Source of the DNA: Candidatus Woesearchaeota archaeon
Lineage (GTDB): Archaea; Nanobdellota; Nanobdellia; Pacearchaeales; UBA284
Reading direction: 5' to 3'
Assembly: GCA_964396475.1 (NCBI GenBank)
Contig: CAYNFE010000003.1
Location: forward strand, 26,588-90,587
DNA length: 64,000 nucleotides
Position numbers and translations under genes: made by a program. The notes beneath the pieces were generated by a model. It was not told the DNA's origin. It saw only the letters and a list, made by a program, of their open reading frames with translations, and searched no databases. This document shows positions 28,104 through 35,901 of the stretch, piece after piece (positions within the stretch are counted from its first letter, which is position 1; the number at the start of each line of letters is the position of its first letter).

Positions 28104-29186
28104 ATGCAGAATAAAAGAGGTCTACTTTTACTTAAACAAATAATTGAATTAATAATTGCAGTTATAGTTATTCTAATCCTTATTTATATGAGTGTTGTAT
28201 TATTTAGGACATATTTCGGAAGACAGGAAGATCTTCAAGCGCAGGGAACTTTAGATAGGATAGTACAAAAACTAGAAAGTTTAGAAGAAGCTGAAACAAA
28301 TTCATACACTTTACTCTCTCCTGCTGGATGGCACATAGTGGCTTTTGACGCAGAACATAATTTCAATGGAAAATTTGAAAAACCAGGAAGTATGTTCCAA
28401 CAAAATATTTTATGCTTATGTGAAAAAAAATGTGATACTAAGTTCTGCAGAGCAATTTCTTTGCCCTTAAAACAGCAGGATAAACTAGTTAACATTGAAA
28501 TAAAGATTGTAGATATCTGGCTAAGTCATAAGATAGATTATTATGAGGTGACTAAAATAGAACCCTCAGTAATAGCTAAAGAATTAAGTGGAAAAGAACA
28601 GACAGAAACAGGTTTTGCTTATGACAAAATGAGCACAGAGAACTGGAATAATGAGATTCCAAGAATAACCTATCAGTATTATGAGCAGTATCAATTAAAT
28701 AGATATGTAGCAAGCAAAGAAGAATTTGAAAAAATTGTTAGAGCAATGATAATCCAAGAATCTAGTACTGTAGAAGATGCTATAGGTTGTGATGGTGAAG
28801 TGGGATTAATGCAAATAATGCCGCAGACAGCCATAGGCCTTGGTCTTAATGTTCCTGACTATGGCCTAGAAGATATATCAAAGATAGCGCCATGTACTAA
28901 TGAAAAAAGAACCTCAGTATCAAAATGCAATATAGTACATCCTGAAAATTGCAACAAGGAAGAAGATGAAAGATTTGATCCAATAAAGAATATTGATGCA
29001 GGAACAAGATATCTATCTGAAAGGATAGCTGAATTCCAAAATCAATGGCTAGGAATAGCTGCATATAACGCTGGTTCTGGGGGTGTAAGAAAAAATTGCC
29101 AGCCTCTTACGATAACTGCTTGTCCTTCAACATTTTCAGGCAGACAATATGTAGAACTAGTTAAAGCAAAAATGGAGTTGATATAA
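28104..29186 (+). CDS. Pilin-signal protein fused to a lytic transglycosylase (SLT, GH23-like) domain
   Basis: N-terminus MQNKRG/LLLLKQIIELIIAVIVILILIYM. C-terminal SLT motifs IIQESS (catalytic Glu-Ser), GLMQIMP and AAYNAGSGGV at nt ~28720-29110. Confidence 0.8.
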   Translation: MQNKRGLLLLKQIIELIIAVIVILILIYMSVVLFRTYFGRQEDLQAQGTLDRIVQKLESLEEAETNSYTLLSPAGWHIVAFDAEHNFNGKFEKPGSMFQQNILCLCEKKCDTKFCRAISLPLKQQDKLVNIEIKIVDIWLSHKIDYYEVTKIEPSVIAKELSGKEQTETGFAYDKMSTENWNNEIPRITYQYYEQYQLNRYVASKEEFEKIVRAMIIQESSTVEDAIGCDGEVGLMQIMPQTAIGLGLNVPDYGLEDISKIAPCTNEKRTSVSKCNIVHPENCNKEEDERFDPIKNIDAGTRYLSERIAEFQNQWLGIAAYNAGSGGVRKNCQPLTITACPSTFSGRQYVELVKAKMELI

Positions 29187-29188
29187 AG

Positions 29189-29308
29189 ATGAAAAATAAA
29201 AAGGGAATCACCTCAGAAATCTTAATCAAATTACTAATACTAATAATCATGTTTGCTATTATTGGTGCAGCATTACTTTATTTATTAAAAAGATATAATG
29301 TGATATAA
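29189..29308 (+). CDS. Mini pilin-like peptide (39 aa)
   Basis: Not in the ORF track. The translation is MKNKKG/ITSEILIKLLILIIMFAIIGAALLYLLKRYNVI. It starts 3 nt after the SLT gene stop. Confidence 0.4.
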   Translation: MKNKKGITSEILIKLLILIIMFAIIGAALLYLLKRYNVI

Positions 29309-29340
29309 AAATTTATTAAGATGAATTCAATTAAAATAAG

Positions 29341-30240
29341 ATGAAAAATAAAAAAGGGGTATTGGTTCAGAACATAATCATAGGAATAATAATTCTTGTA
29401 ATAAGTGCTGCAATAATCTTTTTCTTTCTAAGGGCTTTTCCTTATAGAGAAACAATTGACAAAGAAGCATGCCACCAGTCTGTGATTTTAAGAAGTCAAC
29501 AAATAGCTGGATTACAACCAGGACAACTTGCTGGTATTCCATTAAACTGTAAAACTCAAGAAGTGATAATAAGTTCACCAGATGAAAATTTTATCAAAAG
29601 TGAAATAGCTAACCAGATGTATGACTGTTGGTGGATGTTAGGAGAGGGTAAAATGCAGTTCTGGTCTGAAAGCGCTTGGAGAACTATAGGTGTTCCAGGA
29701 GCAGGCACAGCTAAAACTCATTGCAATATCTGTTCTATAATAAGGTTTGAGGATCAAGCAAAAGACAAGCAGATAGACCTCTTAAGTTATTTAGATGAAA
29801 CAAAGATACCAACAAAAAATATTACTTATATAGAGTATTTCATGAATCCTGGAACAAAATTACCAGCAGAACTTAAGGTTGATAAGCTGGACACGAACAA
29901 GGATTATGCTTTAATATATATGGGAATAAAAGGTGCTGAAGTAAAAGAAACAATCATAAATTTCATAGGGCTTAGCGGGGGCTCAGCTTTTGCAACCGGA
30001 GCAATACTAAAAATTGGTTTAGGGGTTGGCTTAAAAACGGCACTAAAAGCAGCAGGATGGGTAGGATTAATTATAGGTGTCTTAGAAGCTGCTGGCCAGA
30101 TAACAACCTTCTGGACACATGCGCATGCTTCAGCAATACACTGTGATGGTGAAACAGGAGGATGTTACGCACTAATTCTCATACCTTTAGAGGCATCAGG
30201 AATATCTGAGCAGTGTCAGAACATAGAAAGCATTCCTTAA
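29341..30240 (+). CDS. Pilin-signal protein with a Cys-rich domain and a C-terminal Gly-zipper hydrophobic region
   Basis: MKNKKG/VLVQNIIIGIIILVISAAIIFFFL. Later GLSGGSAFATGAILKIGLGVGLKTALKAAGWVGLIIGVLEAAG. Confidence 0.65.
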   Translation: MKNKKGVLVQNIIIGIIILVISAAIIFFFLRAFPYRETIDKEACHQSVILRSQQIAGLQPGQLAGIPLNCKTQEVIISSPDENFIKSEIANQMYDCWWMLGEGKMQFWSESAWRTIGVPGAGTAKTHCNICSIIRFEDQAKDKQIDLLSYLDETKIPTKNITYIEYFMNPGTKLPAELKVDKLDTNKDYALIYMGIKGAEVKETIINFIGLSGGSAFATGAILKIGLGVGLKTALKAAGWVGLIIGVLEAAGQITTFWTHAHASAIHCDGETGGCYALILIPLEASGISEQCQNIESIP

Positions 30241-30313
30241 ATTTTCTTAGATCTTATTTCCTTAGATCTTATTTTTTGATAAGATTTATTAATATTATTT
30301 CTTTAGCTCATCT

Positions 30314-30661
30314 ATGCTTAAAGATAAAAGAGGTATTGAGCTTGGTTGGGAATTTATTTTTACTCTTCTGTTTGTCGTAGCAATAATAATAATAATCAGT
30401 TTCTGGATAGGCAGCCAAGCTTCAGGAAGTGCGATGAAAAAACAGATTCTTGCAAAAGAAATCTGTCTGCTCGTGACATCAGCAGAACCTGGAACTACTA
30501 TAATGATTGAGACTGAAAAGAAAATGAGCATAATAAGACAGAATACTGGAATAGTTGTTAAAGAGAGTGAGCTTGACAGAGGATATTTTTATGATTGTTA
30601 TTTCAAAGATAATATTGATTTTTCAAAAAAAGATGATATCATGATTATAGAAATAAGATAA
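30314..30661 (+). CDS. Pilin-like protein (class III signal peptide)
   Basis: MLKDKRG/IELGWEFIFTLLFVVAIIIIISFWI. Confidence 0.6.
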   Translation: MLKDKRGIELGWEFIFTLLFVVAIIIIISFWIGSQASGSAMKKQILAKEICLLVTSAEPGTTIMIETEKKMSIIRQNTGIVVKESELDRGYFYDCYFKDNIDFSKKDDIMIIEIR

Positions 30662-30687
30662 AAAAAACTGAATAAAAAAACGAAAAT

Positions 30688-31146
30688 ATGATGAAAAAAA
30701 CAAACAAGAAAGCCCAGTTAGGACATGCAACAACCTGGCTCCATAAATTTTTTATACTTGTTTTAGTCATTGGAGGAATAATAGCTATAGTAACTATGCA
30801 TTATTCTAAGCAATACGATGTTCGTGATGTTGAAGCTAGTGTAGTTGCAAGAAACATAGTGGAATGCGTGGCTCCTGGAGGCATTCTAAAAGAATTTAAT
30901 GAAGAAACAATAAGAAACTGTTTTCCTTTCAATGAGGAAGAGATTTATATGAATATAACCTTAGAAAATGATAATTTGGTTTTTGGAAATGATTTTCTTG
31001 CTACACTCTGTAAAGCAGAGGGAAAAAAAGTAAAAGTAGAATACTACCCAGCATGTTTAGAAGAAAGATATTATGTTCTTGAAAATGATGAAGGAAAAAC
31101 CCTAAATTTATTTATAGCAATCAAAAAAATTGGGAAAAATCTATAA
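30688..31146 (+). CDS. Pilin-like protein (KKAQ-type class III signal)
   Basis: MMKKTNKKAQLGHATTWLHKFFILVLVIGGIIAIV. Confidence 0.55.
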   Translation: MMKKTNKKAQLGHATTWLHKFFILVLVIGGIIAIVTMHYSKQYDVRDVEASVVARNIVECVAPGGILKEFNEETIRNCFPFNEEEIYMNITLENDNLVFGNDFLATLCKAEGKKVKVEYYPACLEERYYVLENDEGKTLNLFIAIKKIGKNL

Positions 31147-31148
31147 AA

Positions 31149-31592
31149 ATGCAAACAATAATAAAAAATAAAAAAGCACAGGCTGGAGAATTACTTCAAG
31201 ATACAGTAGGATTAGTAATTATAGCTCTCTTATTAATTATCTTTCTTGTCATATCTAGCAGTTTATGGGGCTTTCCAAAAAAAGAATTAGAGACTCTAGC
31301 CACAGAGCACTCTATTCATAACCAAGAACATCTCTCTCTTCAAGCATGGCTACAAAAGAGTATTGAGATAGAAATCGATGGAGAAAATCAAAAGATAACT
31401 ATGGCTGACTTGATAAGACTTTCAAAAATAAATCCATATTACAAGGAAATTCTGGACCAGGAAGCAAGTTATGCATTTGACATCTATAATTATGAATTTG
31501 AAACGAGCAATAAAAAAGAAATAGAAATGGGTTCGTCATTTTATATTCCATCTAATGAAACTATCAAAGTTAATTTAGAAATTAAGAAATAA
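31149..31592 (+). CDS. Pilin-like protein (KKAQ-type class III signal)
   Basis: MQTIIKNKKAQAGELLQDTVGLVIIALLLIIFLVI. It starts 3 nt after the previous stop. Confidence 0.55.
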   Translation: MQTIIKNKKAQAGELLQDTVGLVIIALLLIIFLVISSSLWGFPKKELETLATEHSIHNQEHLSLQAWLQKSIEIEIDGENQKITMADLIRLSKINPYYKEILDQEASYAFDIYNYEFETSNKKEIEMGSSFYIPSNETIKVNLEIKK

Positions 31593-31621
31593 ATAGAAAA
31601 TAAAATAGCAAGAAAAATAAA

Positions 31622-32419
31622 ATGATAAATATGAAAGGAAAAAGAGCAGGAATTTTTGCAGCAGGATTGGTTTTAGGAATGATTATTTTTATAGGGTTAT
31701 CTTGGCATTCATTCTCAACAACTAACAGAAATCTAAATATGGGAATAATTAAAGCACTCTCTTCAACCCAATACAAAGACATGGAAAACAAAGTCTCTTT
31801 TTATTTAGATGAATCAGCAAAATTAGCATCATCACAAGCTTTTTATGAAATTGCAAAAAACAGCGCAGTAAACAAAGAAAGTATGTGTAATGTCATAAAT
31901 GATAATATAATATGGAATTCGAACTGTAGACCAGAACAGCAGTTCATAGAATCTATGTTTATTGAAAAATATAATCAAAGCTTTTATGGTTTTCTGGAAA
32001 ATTATCTAGAAGAAGATCTCAAAGCAGAGTATATTCATATTATAAAAGAAGGAAAAATAGAGTCAAGCGCAGAGCAAAAAACTTTTGTTAGCCAGGAAGG
32101 GACTTCTCTCTCAACTTACAAATTAAGTTATGTTCTTGACCCATCCATAACTCACAATCTTAATGAACAAGATATCTATCTAGGAGATTTTGAATTTATA
32201 TATCAAGAAACAGACTCTGTCATACTAAAATGTAAAGATAATGATGATGTTGTTTCTTGTGTTAAAAAAAATCTAAACCTAGCAAGATGGACAACAAAAG
32301 TGAAAAAAGAAGCTTCTTATTTGATTTTTGAACTTGAAACAAAAAAATCTTTCTTTTTCGAAGATCCTGAAGAAAAATTTGAACCTGTCGTGTTAAATTT
32401 TGCAATGAATGCAGAATAG
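31622..32419 (+). CDS. Pilin-like or pilus-associated protein
   Basis: MINMKGKRAG/IFAAGLVLGMIIFIGLSW followed by a ~235-aa extracellular domain. Confidence 0.55.
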   Translation: MINMKGKRAGIFAAGLVLGMIIFIGLSWHSFSTTNRNLNMGIIKALSSTQYKDMENKVSFYLDESAKLASSQAFYEIAKNSAVNKESMCNVINDNIIWNSNCRPEQQFIESMFIEKYNQSFYGFLENYLEEDLKAEYIHIIKEGKIESSAEQKTFVSQEGTSLSTYKLSYVLDPSITHNLNEQDIYLGDFEFIYQETDSVILKCKDNDDVVSCVKKNLNLARWTTKVKKEASYLIFELETKKSFFFEDPEEKFEPVVLNFAMNAE

Positions 32420-32473
32420 ACATTTGAGTATAAGAATATTTAAAAAAACTAGTTCTTTTTACAAAATGATAAA

Positions 32474-33445
32474 ATGATTAGAGCTACTTATCAACAGCTA
32501 ATAGAAAGGATAGTACATCTTTCTGGTTTAAATAAAGAGGAAATTGAAAGAAGAGTTGAAGCAAAAAAAGCCAAGCTTTCTGGACTAATCAGCACTCTTG
32601 GAGCAGCGCAGGTCGTGGCTGCTGAATTAGGCATTTCATTTGAAAATCAAAAATTCAAAGTGACTGACATGTTAATAGGGATGAAAAAAATTCATGTTAT
32701 AGGAAAAGTAATGGAAGTTTATCCAGTAAGAAAGTACAGAAGAGCAGGACATGAAGGGGAGATAGGTTCTTTCTTACTAGCAGATAATACTTCTAGCATT
32801 CGTGTAGTGCTATGGGATACTCATCATATTGATAAAATAAAAAATAATACAATAAAAAAAGATTCTGTGATAGAAATAAAAAATGCTGATGTCAGAGGAA
32901 CTACAATGAGAGAGCTACATCTAGGATCTAATTCAACTATTGAAATAAGTGATAAAGAGATAAAGGCTGTCAAGATAATAAAAGAGCCCTTAATTACCAA
33001 AAAAATATCTGAACTTAAGTCAGGAGAGAGAGTGAATATAAGAGGTAATATCCTTCAAATATTCCAACCAAATTTTTTCATGACCTGTCCTGAGTGTGGT
33101 ATGAAGGTTTCTTATGAAGGAGATAAAGCAATGTGTATAAAACATAATTCTGTCGTACCGAAAAAAAGAGCCATAATAAGTATTATTATTGATGACGGAA
33201 GTGATAGCATGAGGGCTATTGCTTTTAATGAGACAATAACTAATTTATTTAAAATAAAAGAAGAGGAAATAGAAAATCTCCAGAACTCATCTTTCATGCT
33301 AGATAAAAAACAAGAGCTTTTAGGAGCAGAGATGACTTTTTCAGGAAGAGCAAGAAGAAATGTCATGTTCAACAGAAATGAATTTGTGATAAATAGTATA
33401 GAAAAAGTCACTCCAGAAGATATTATTCAGGAATTAAGTAGATAA
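32474..33445 (+). CDS. rpa: Replication protein A (RPA) / ssDNA-binding protein with OB folds and a zinc ribbon
   Basis: N-terminal LSGLISTLGAAQVVAAELGI helix typical of archaeal RPA. OB-fold segments. Zn motif CPECGMKV...CIKH. Confidence 0.8.
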   Translation: MIRATYQQLIERIVHLSGLNKEEIERRVEAKKAKLSGLISTLGAAQVVAAELGISFENQKFKVTDMLIGMKKIHVIGKVMEVYPVRKYRRAGHEGEIGSFLLADNTSSIRVVLWDTHHIDKIKNNTIKKDSVIEIKNADVRGTTMRELHLGSNSTIEISDKEIKAVKIIKEPLITKKISELKSGERVNIRGNILQIFQPNFFMTCPECGMKVSYEGDKAMCIKHNSVVPKKRAIISIIIDDGSDSMRAIAFNETITNLFKIKEEEIENLQNSSFMLDKKQELLGAEMTFSGRARRNVMFNRNEFVINSIEKVTPEDIIQELSR

Positions 33446-33511
33446 AAGTATAGTTCTAAACATATAATCTAACTGAATAATCTTTATAAAACTCTCGTCC
33501 CTTGAAACACT

Positions 33512-34477
33512 ATGGCTAAGGACAAGAATAAGAAAGAGTTGAAACTGACAGATTTGCCTGGCATTGGCCAGACAACAGCATCTAAACTAGAATCAGCTGG
33601 CTATGGAGATTTAATGTCAATAGCAGTCATGACTCCTAATGACTTAAGTTCTCTAGCTGACATTAGTGGAGCAACAGCAAGGAAAGCAATAGTTGCAGCT
33701 AGAAAAATGTTAAAGCTAGGATTTGAAGATGCAACTGAATACTTGAAAAAGAGGGAAGAAATTTTCAAAATCACTACAGGCAGCAAAAATTTTAATGCTC
33801 TTTTAGGAGGGGGTATAGAGACTAGGGCAATAACTGAAACTTTTGGTGCTTATGGCTCAGGAAAAAGTCAACTAGCTCATGTAATTGCTGTAACAACCCA
33901 ACTTCCTAAAGAAAAAGGTGGCGCTGGGGCAAAGGTAGTCTGGATTGACACTGAAGGAACATTCAGGCCAGAAAGAATCAAGCAGATAGCTAAAGCTCAA
34001 GGCATGGACCCAATGAAAGTACTAAAGAATATTTTTGTTGCTCGTGCATTCAATAGTGATCATCAGATTCTTCTTGTAGATAGGGTTGTTGATTTAATAA
34101 ATAGGGGGGAACCAATAAGACTCTTAATTGTTGATTCTATCACAGCACACTTTAGAGCAGAATTTACAGGACGTGGAATGTTAGCAGACAGACAACAGAG
34201 GATTAACAAACATCTTCATAGCTTGATGAGGATTGCCGAAGCAAACAATCTTGCTATTTATATAACAAATCAAGTTATGTCACGTCCAGATGTTTTATTC
34301 GGAGACCCAACACAAGCTATCGGCGGTCATATAGTTGGTCACGCCTCAACATATAGAATCTATTTGAGAAGAGGAAGAAAAGACTCAAGAGTAGCTAAAA
34401 TGATTGACTCCCCAAACTTACCAGAATCTGAATGTGTCTTTTTTATAACAGCTGATGGATTAAAAGACGAGATTTAA
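33512..34477 (+). CDS. radA: DNA repair and recombination protein RadA
   Basis: HhH N-domain LTDLPGIGQTTASKL. Walker A GAYGSGKSQLAH. LLIVDSITAHFR. IYITNQV. Confidence 0.96.
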   Translation: MAKDKNKKELKLTDLPGIGQTTASKLESAGYGDLMSIAVMTPNDLSSLADISGATARKAIVAARKMLKLGFEDATEYLKKREEIFKITTGSKNFNALLGGGIETRAITETFGAYGSGKSQLAHVIAVTTQLPKEKGGAGAKVVWIDTEGTFRPERIKQIAKAQGMDPMKVLKNIFVARAFNSDHQILLVDRVVDLINRGEPIRLLIVDSITAHFRAEFTGRGMLADRQQRINKHLHSLMRIAEANNLAIYITNQVMSRPDVLFGDPTQAIGGHIVGHASTYRIYLRRGRKDSRVAKMIDSPNLPESECVFFITADGLKDEI

Positions 34478-34493
34478 ATTTTAAAATAGAAGA

Positions 34494-35258
34494 TTATTTT
34501 CTTTTTCTCTTTATTGTTTTTGCTTTTGCTATTTTTGGTTTAACAGGCTTTGCCTTAGCTATCTTCTTCAATTTTCTCATTTCCTCACTTAGTTCTCTTA
34601 ATTCCTTAACTGACCCTGTTAAAGGCTTGACAACTTTTCCAAAAGCTCCTTCTAGAGCTTGTATTTCTGTCCCTAATGATTTTACATCTCTGCCATACTC
34701 TTGCATCTTTCCTAGGGTAGCTGATTGAAGTTTATCAAAAGATCTCTCTAATCTCTTTATCCGTTCATCCAAACTTTTTATTCTTGATTCAATATACCTT
34801 TTAAATTCTATAATATCACCAGCCTTCTTTGTAAACTCTTCCCATTTCTCTCTTATAATTTCCTCAGCAAGTTCTTCCATTGATTCTGTTGATGCTGGTT
34901 CATAAGTAGAAGGATAAGCATAAGGATAGCCTTCACTCTCAGGAGCAGATACAGCAGCAGGAGCGGCTTGAGCAGGAGCATAATAAGCTTCTTCAGGTTG
35001 TTCTTGTTGAGACATTATAGAAGGAGTCATCTCTTCTTCAGCTGTTTCAGCAGATTCATAAGGACTAGGAGCATAAACTTCAGACTCCATACCTGCAGTT
35101 TCAGCTAATTCCATCTTAATCTTGGCTTGATTCATAGCATCATTTATCTCGGTAGGAGTGTAACCCTCTTCTCTCAGATAACGAATTATATCAGCATCTG
35201 TATACCCTTGCTTGCTTAATTTTAAAATATCATTAACAGATATTTTTTTCTTTGGCAT
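34494..35258 (-). CDS. Coiled-coil protein with a small N-terminal helical domain, an acidic linker and a basic tail (possibly FlaC-like accessory)
   Basis: ISVNDILKLSKQGYTDADIIRYLREEGYTPTEINDAMNQA, then an E/A/P-rich linker, then heptad-rich IESRIKSLDERIKRLERSFDKLQ, then a K-rich tail. Confidence 0.6.
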   Translation of the reverse strand: MPKKKISVNDILKLSKQGYTDADIIRYLREEGYTPTEINDAMNQAKIKMELAETAGMESEVYAPSPYESAETAEEEMTPSIMSQQEQPEEAYYAPAQAAPAAVSAPESEGYPYAYPSTYEPASTESMEELAEEIIREKWEEFTKKAGDIIEFKRYIESRIKSLDERIKRLERSFDKLQSATLGKMQEYGRDVKSLGTEIQALEGAFGKVVKPLTGSVKELRELSEEMRKLKKIAKAKPVKPKIAKAKTIKRKRK

Positions 35259-35330
35259 CTTTTCTTGTTCTCTTCTCTTTTCTATATTTATTCTTATTCT
35301 TTATTGTTTTTAAATTTTTTATTTTTTTCT

Positions 35331-35726
35331 TTATTCTTCATCAATTTCTATTATGCCGTCTCTTTTATCTTTAACAGCTTTTTTGACTATTCTTTTTACA
35401 TCATCCATAGTGGCAAATTCAAGAGGCTCAAACATTTTCACATATCTTTCTAAAACCTTTATCTCTTCTTTTCGTGCAAATTCAGAACTTTCTCGAACAA
35501 TATGCTCGACTGTTTCTTTTAGTCTGTCAATTTCATTATGAACATTCCTCATATCCTCTTTCATCACGACCATTTCTTTATTCAGTTTTTCACTCTGCTT
35601 TAATATTGTCTGGCTCAAAGTAAGTAGTCTTTCCTTGATTTGTGTCGTTCTCTCCTCTATATCATTAACTCTTATACTAAACTCTGAAAGAAGAGCAGAA
35701 ACAGCGCCAAGATCTCTTTCATCCAT
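35331..35726 (-). CDS. Coiled-coil protein (possibly FlaC-like accessory)
   Basis: 131 aa and almost entirely heptad-like: IEERTTQIKERLLTLSQTILKQSEKLNKEMVVMKEDMRNVHNEIDRLKETVEHI. Confidence 0.6.
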   Translation of the reverse strand: MDERDLGAVSALLSEFSIRVNDIEERTTQIKERLLTLSQTILKQSEKLNKEMVVMKEDMRNVHNEIDRLKETVEHIVRESSEFARKEEIKVLERYVKMFEPLEFATMDDVKRIVKKAVKDKRDGIIEIDEE

Positions 35727-35803
35727 CTTACTTATTTTACCTCTTTTCCCCTAATTTATCTCTTTTTATTTAAAAGAAAATTTGATTTAAATATTTATCT
35801 TGT

Positions 35804-35825
35804 TTATATCAAAGTTATATCAAAG
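35804..35825. repeat. Perfect tandem direct repeat, 2 x 11 nt (TTATATCAAAG)
   Basis: Read directly: tgTTTATATCAAAGTTATATCAAAGca, in the divergent promoter region between 35726 and 35902. Confidence 0.85.
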
Positions 35826-35901
35826 CAATAACACAATAATTAAAAATATCTATTACCTTAAAAATAATGAAATATAAAAGAGGAAAAAACAAAAATAGAT
35901 T

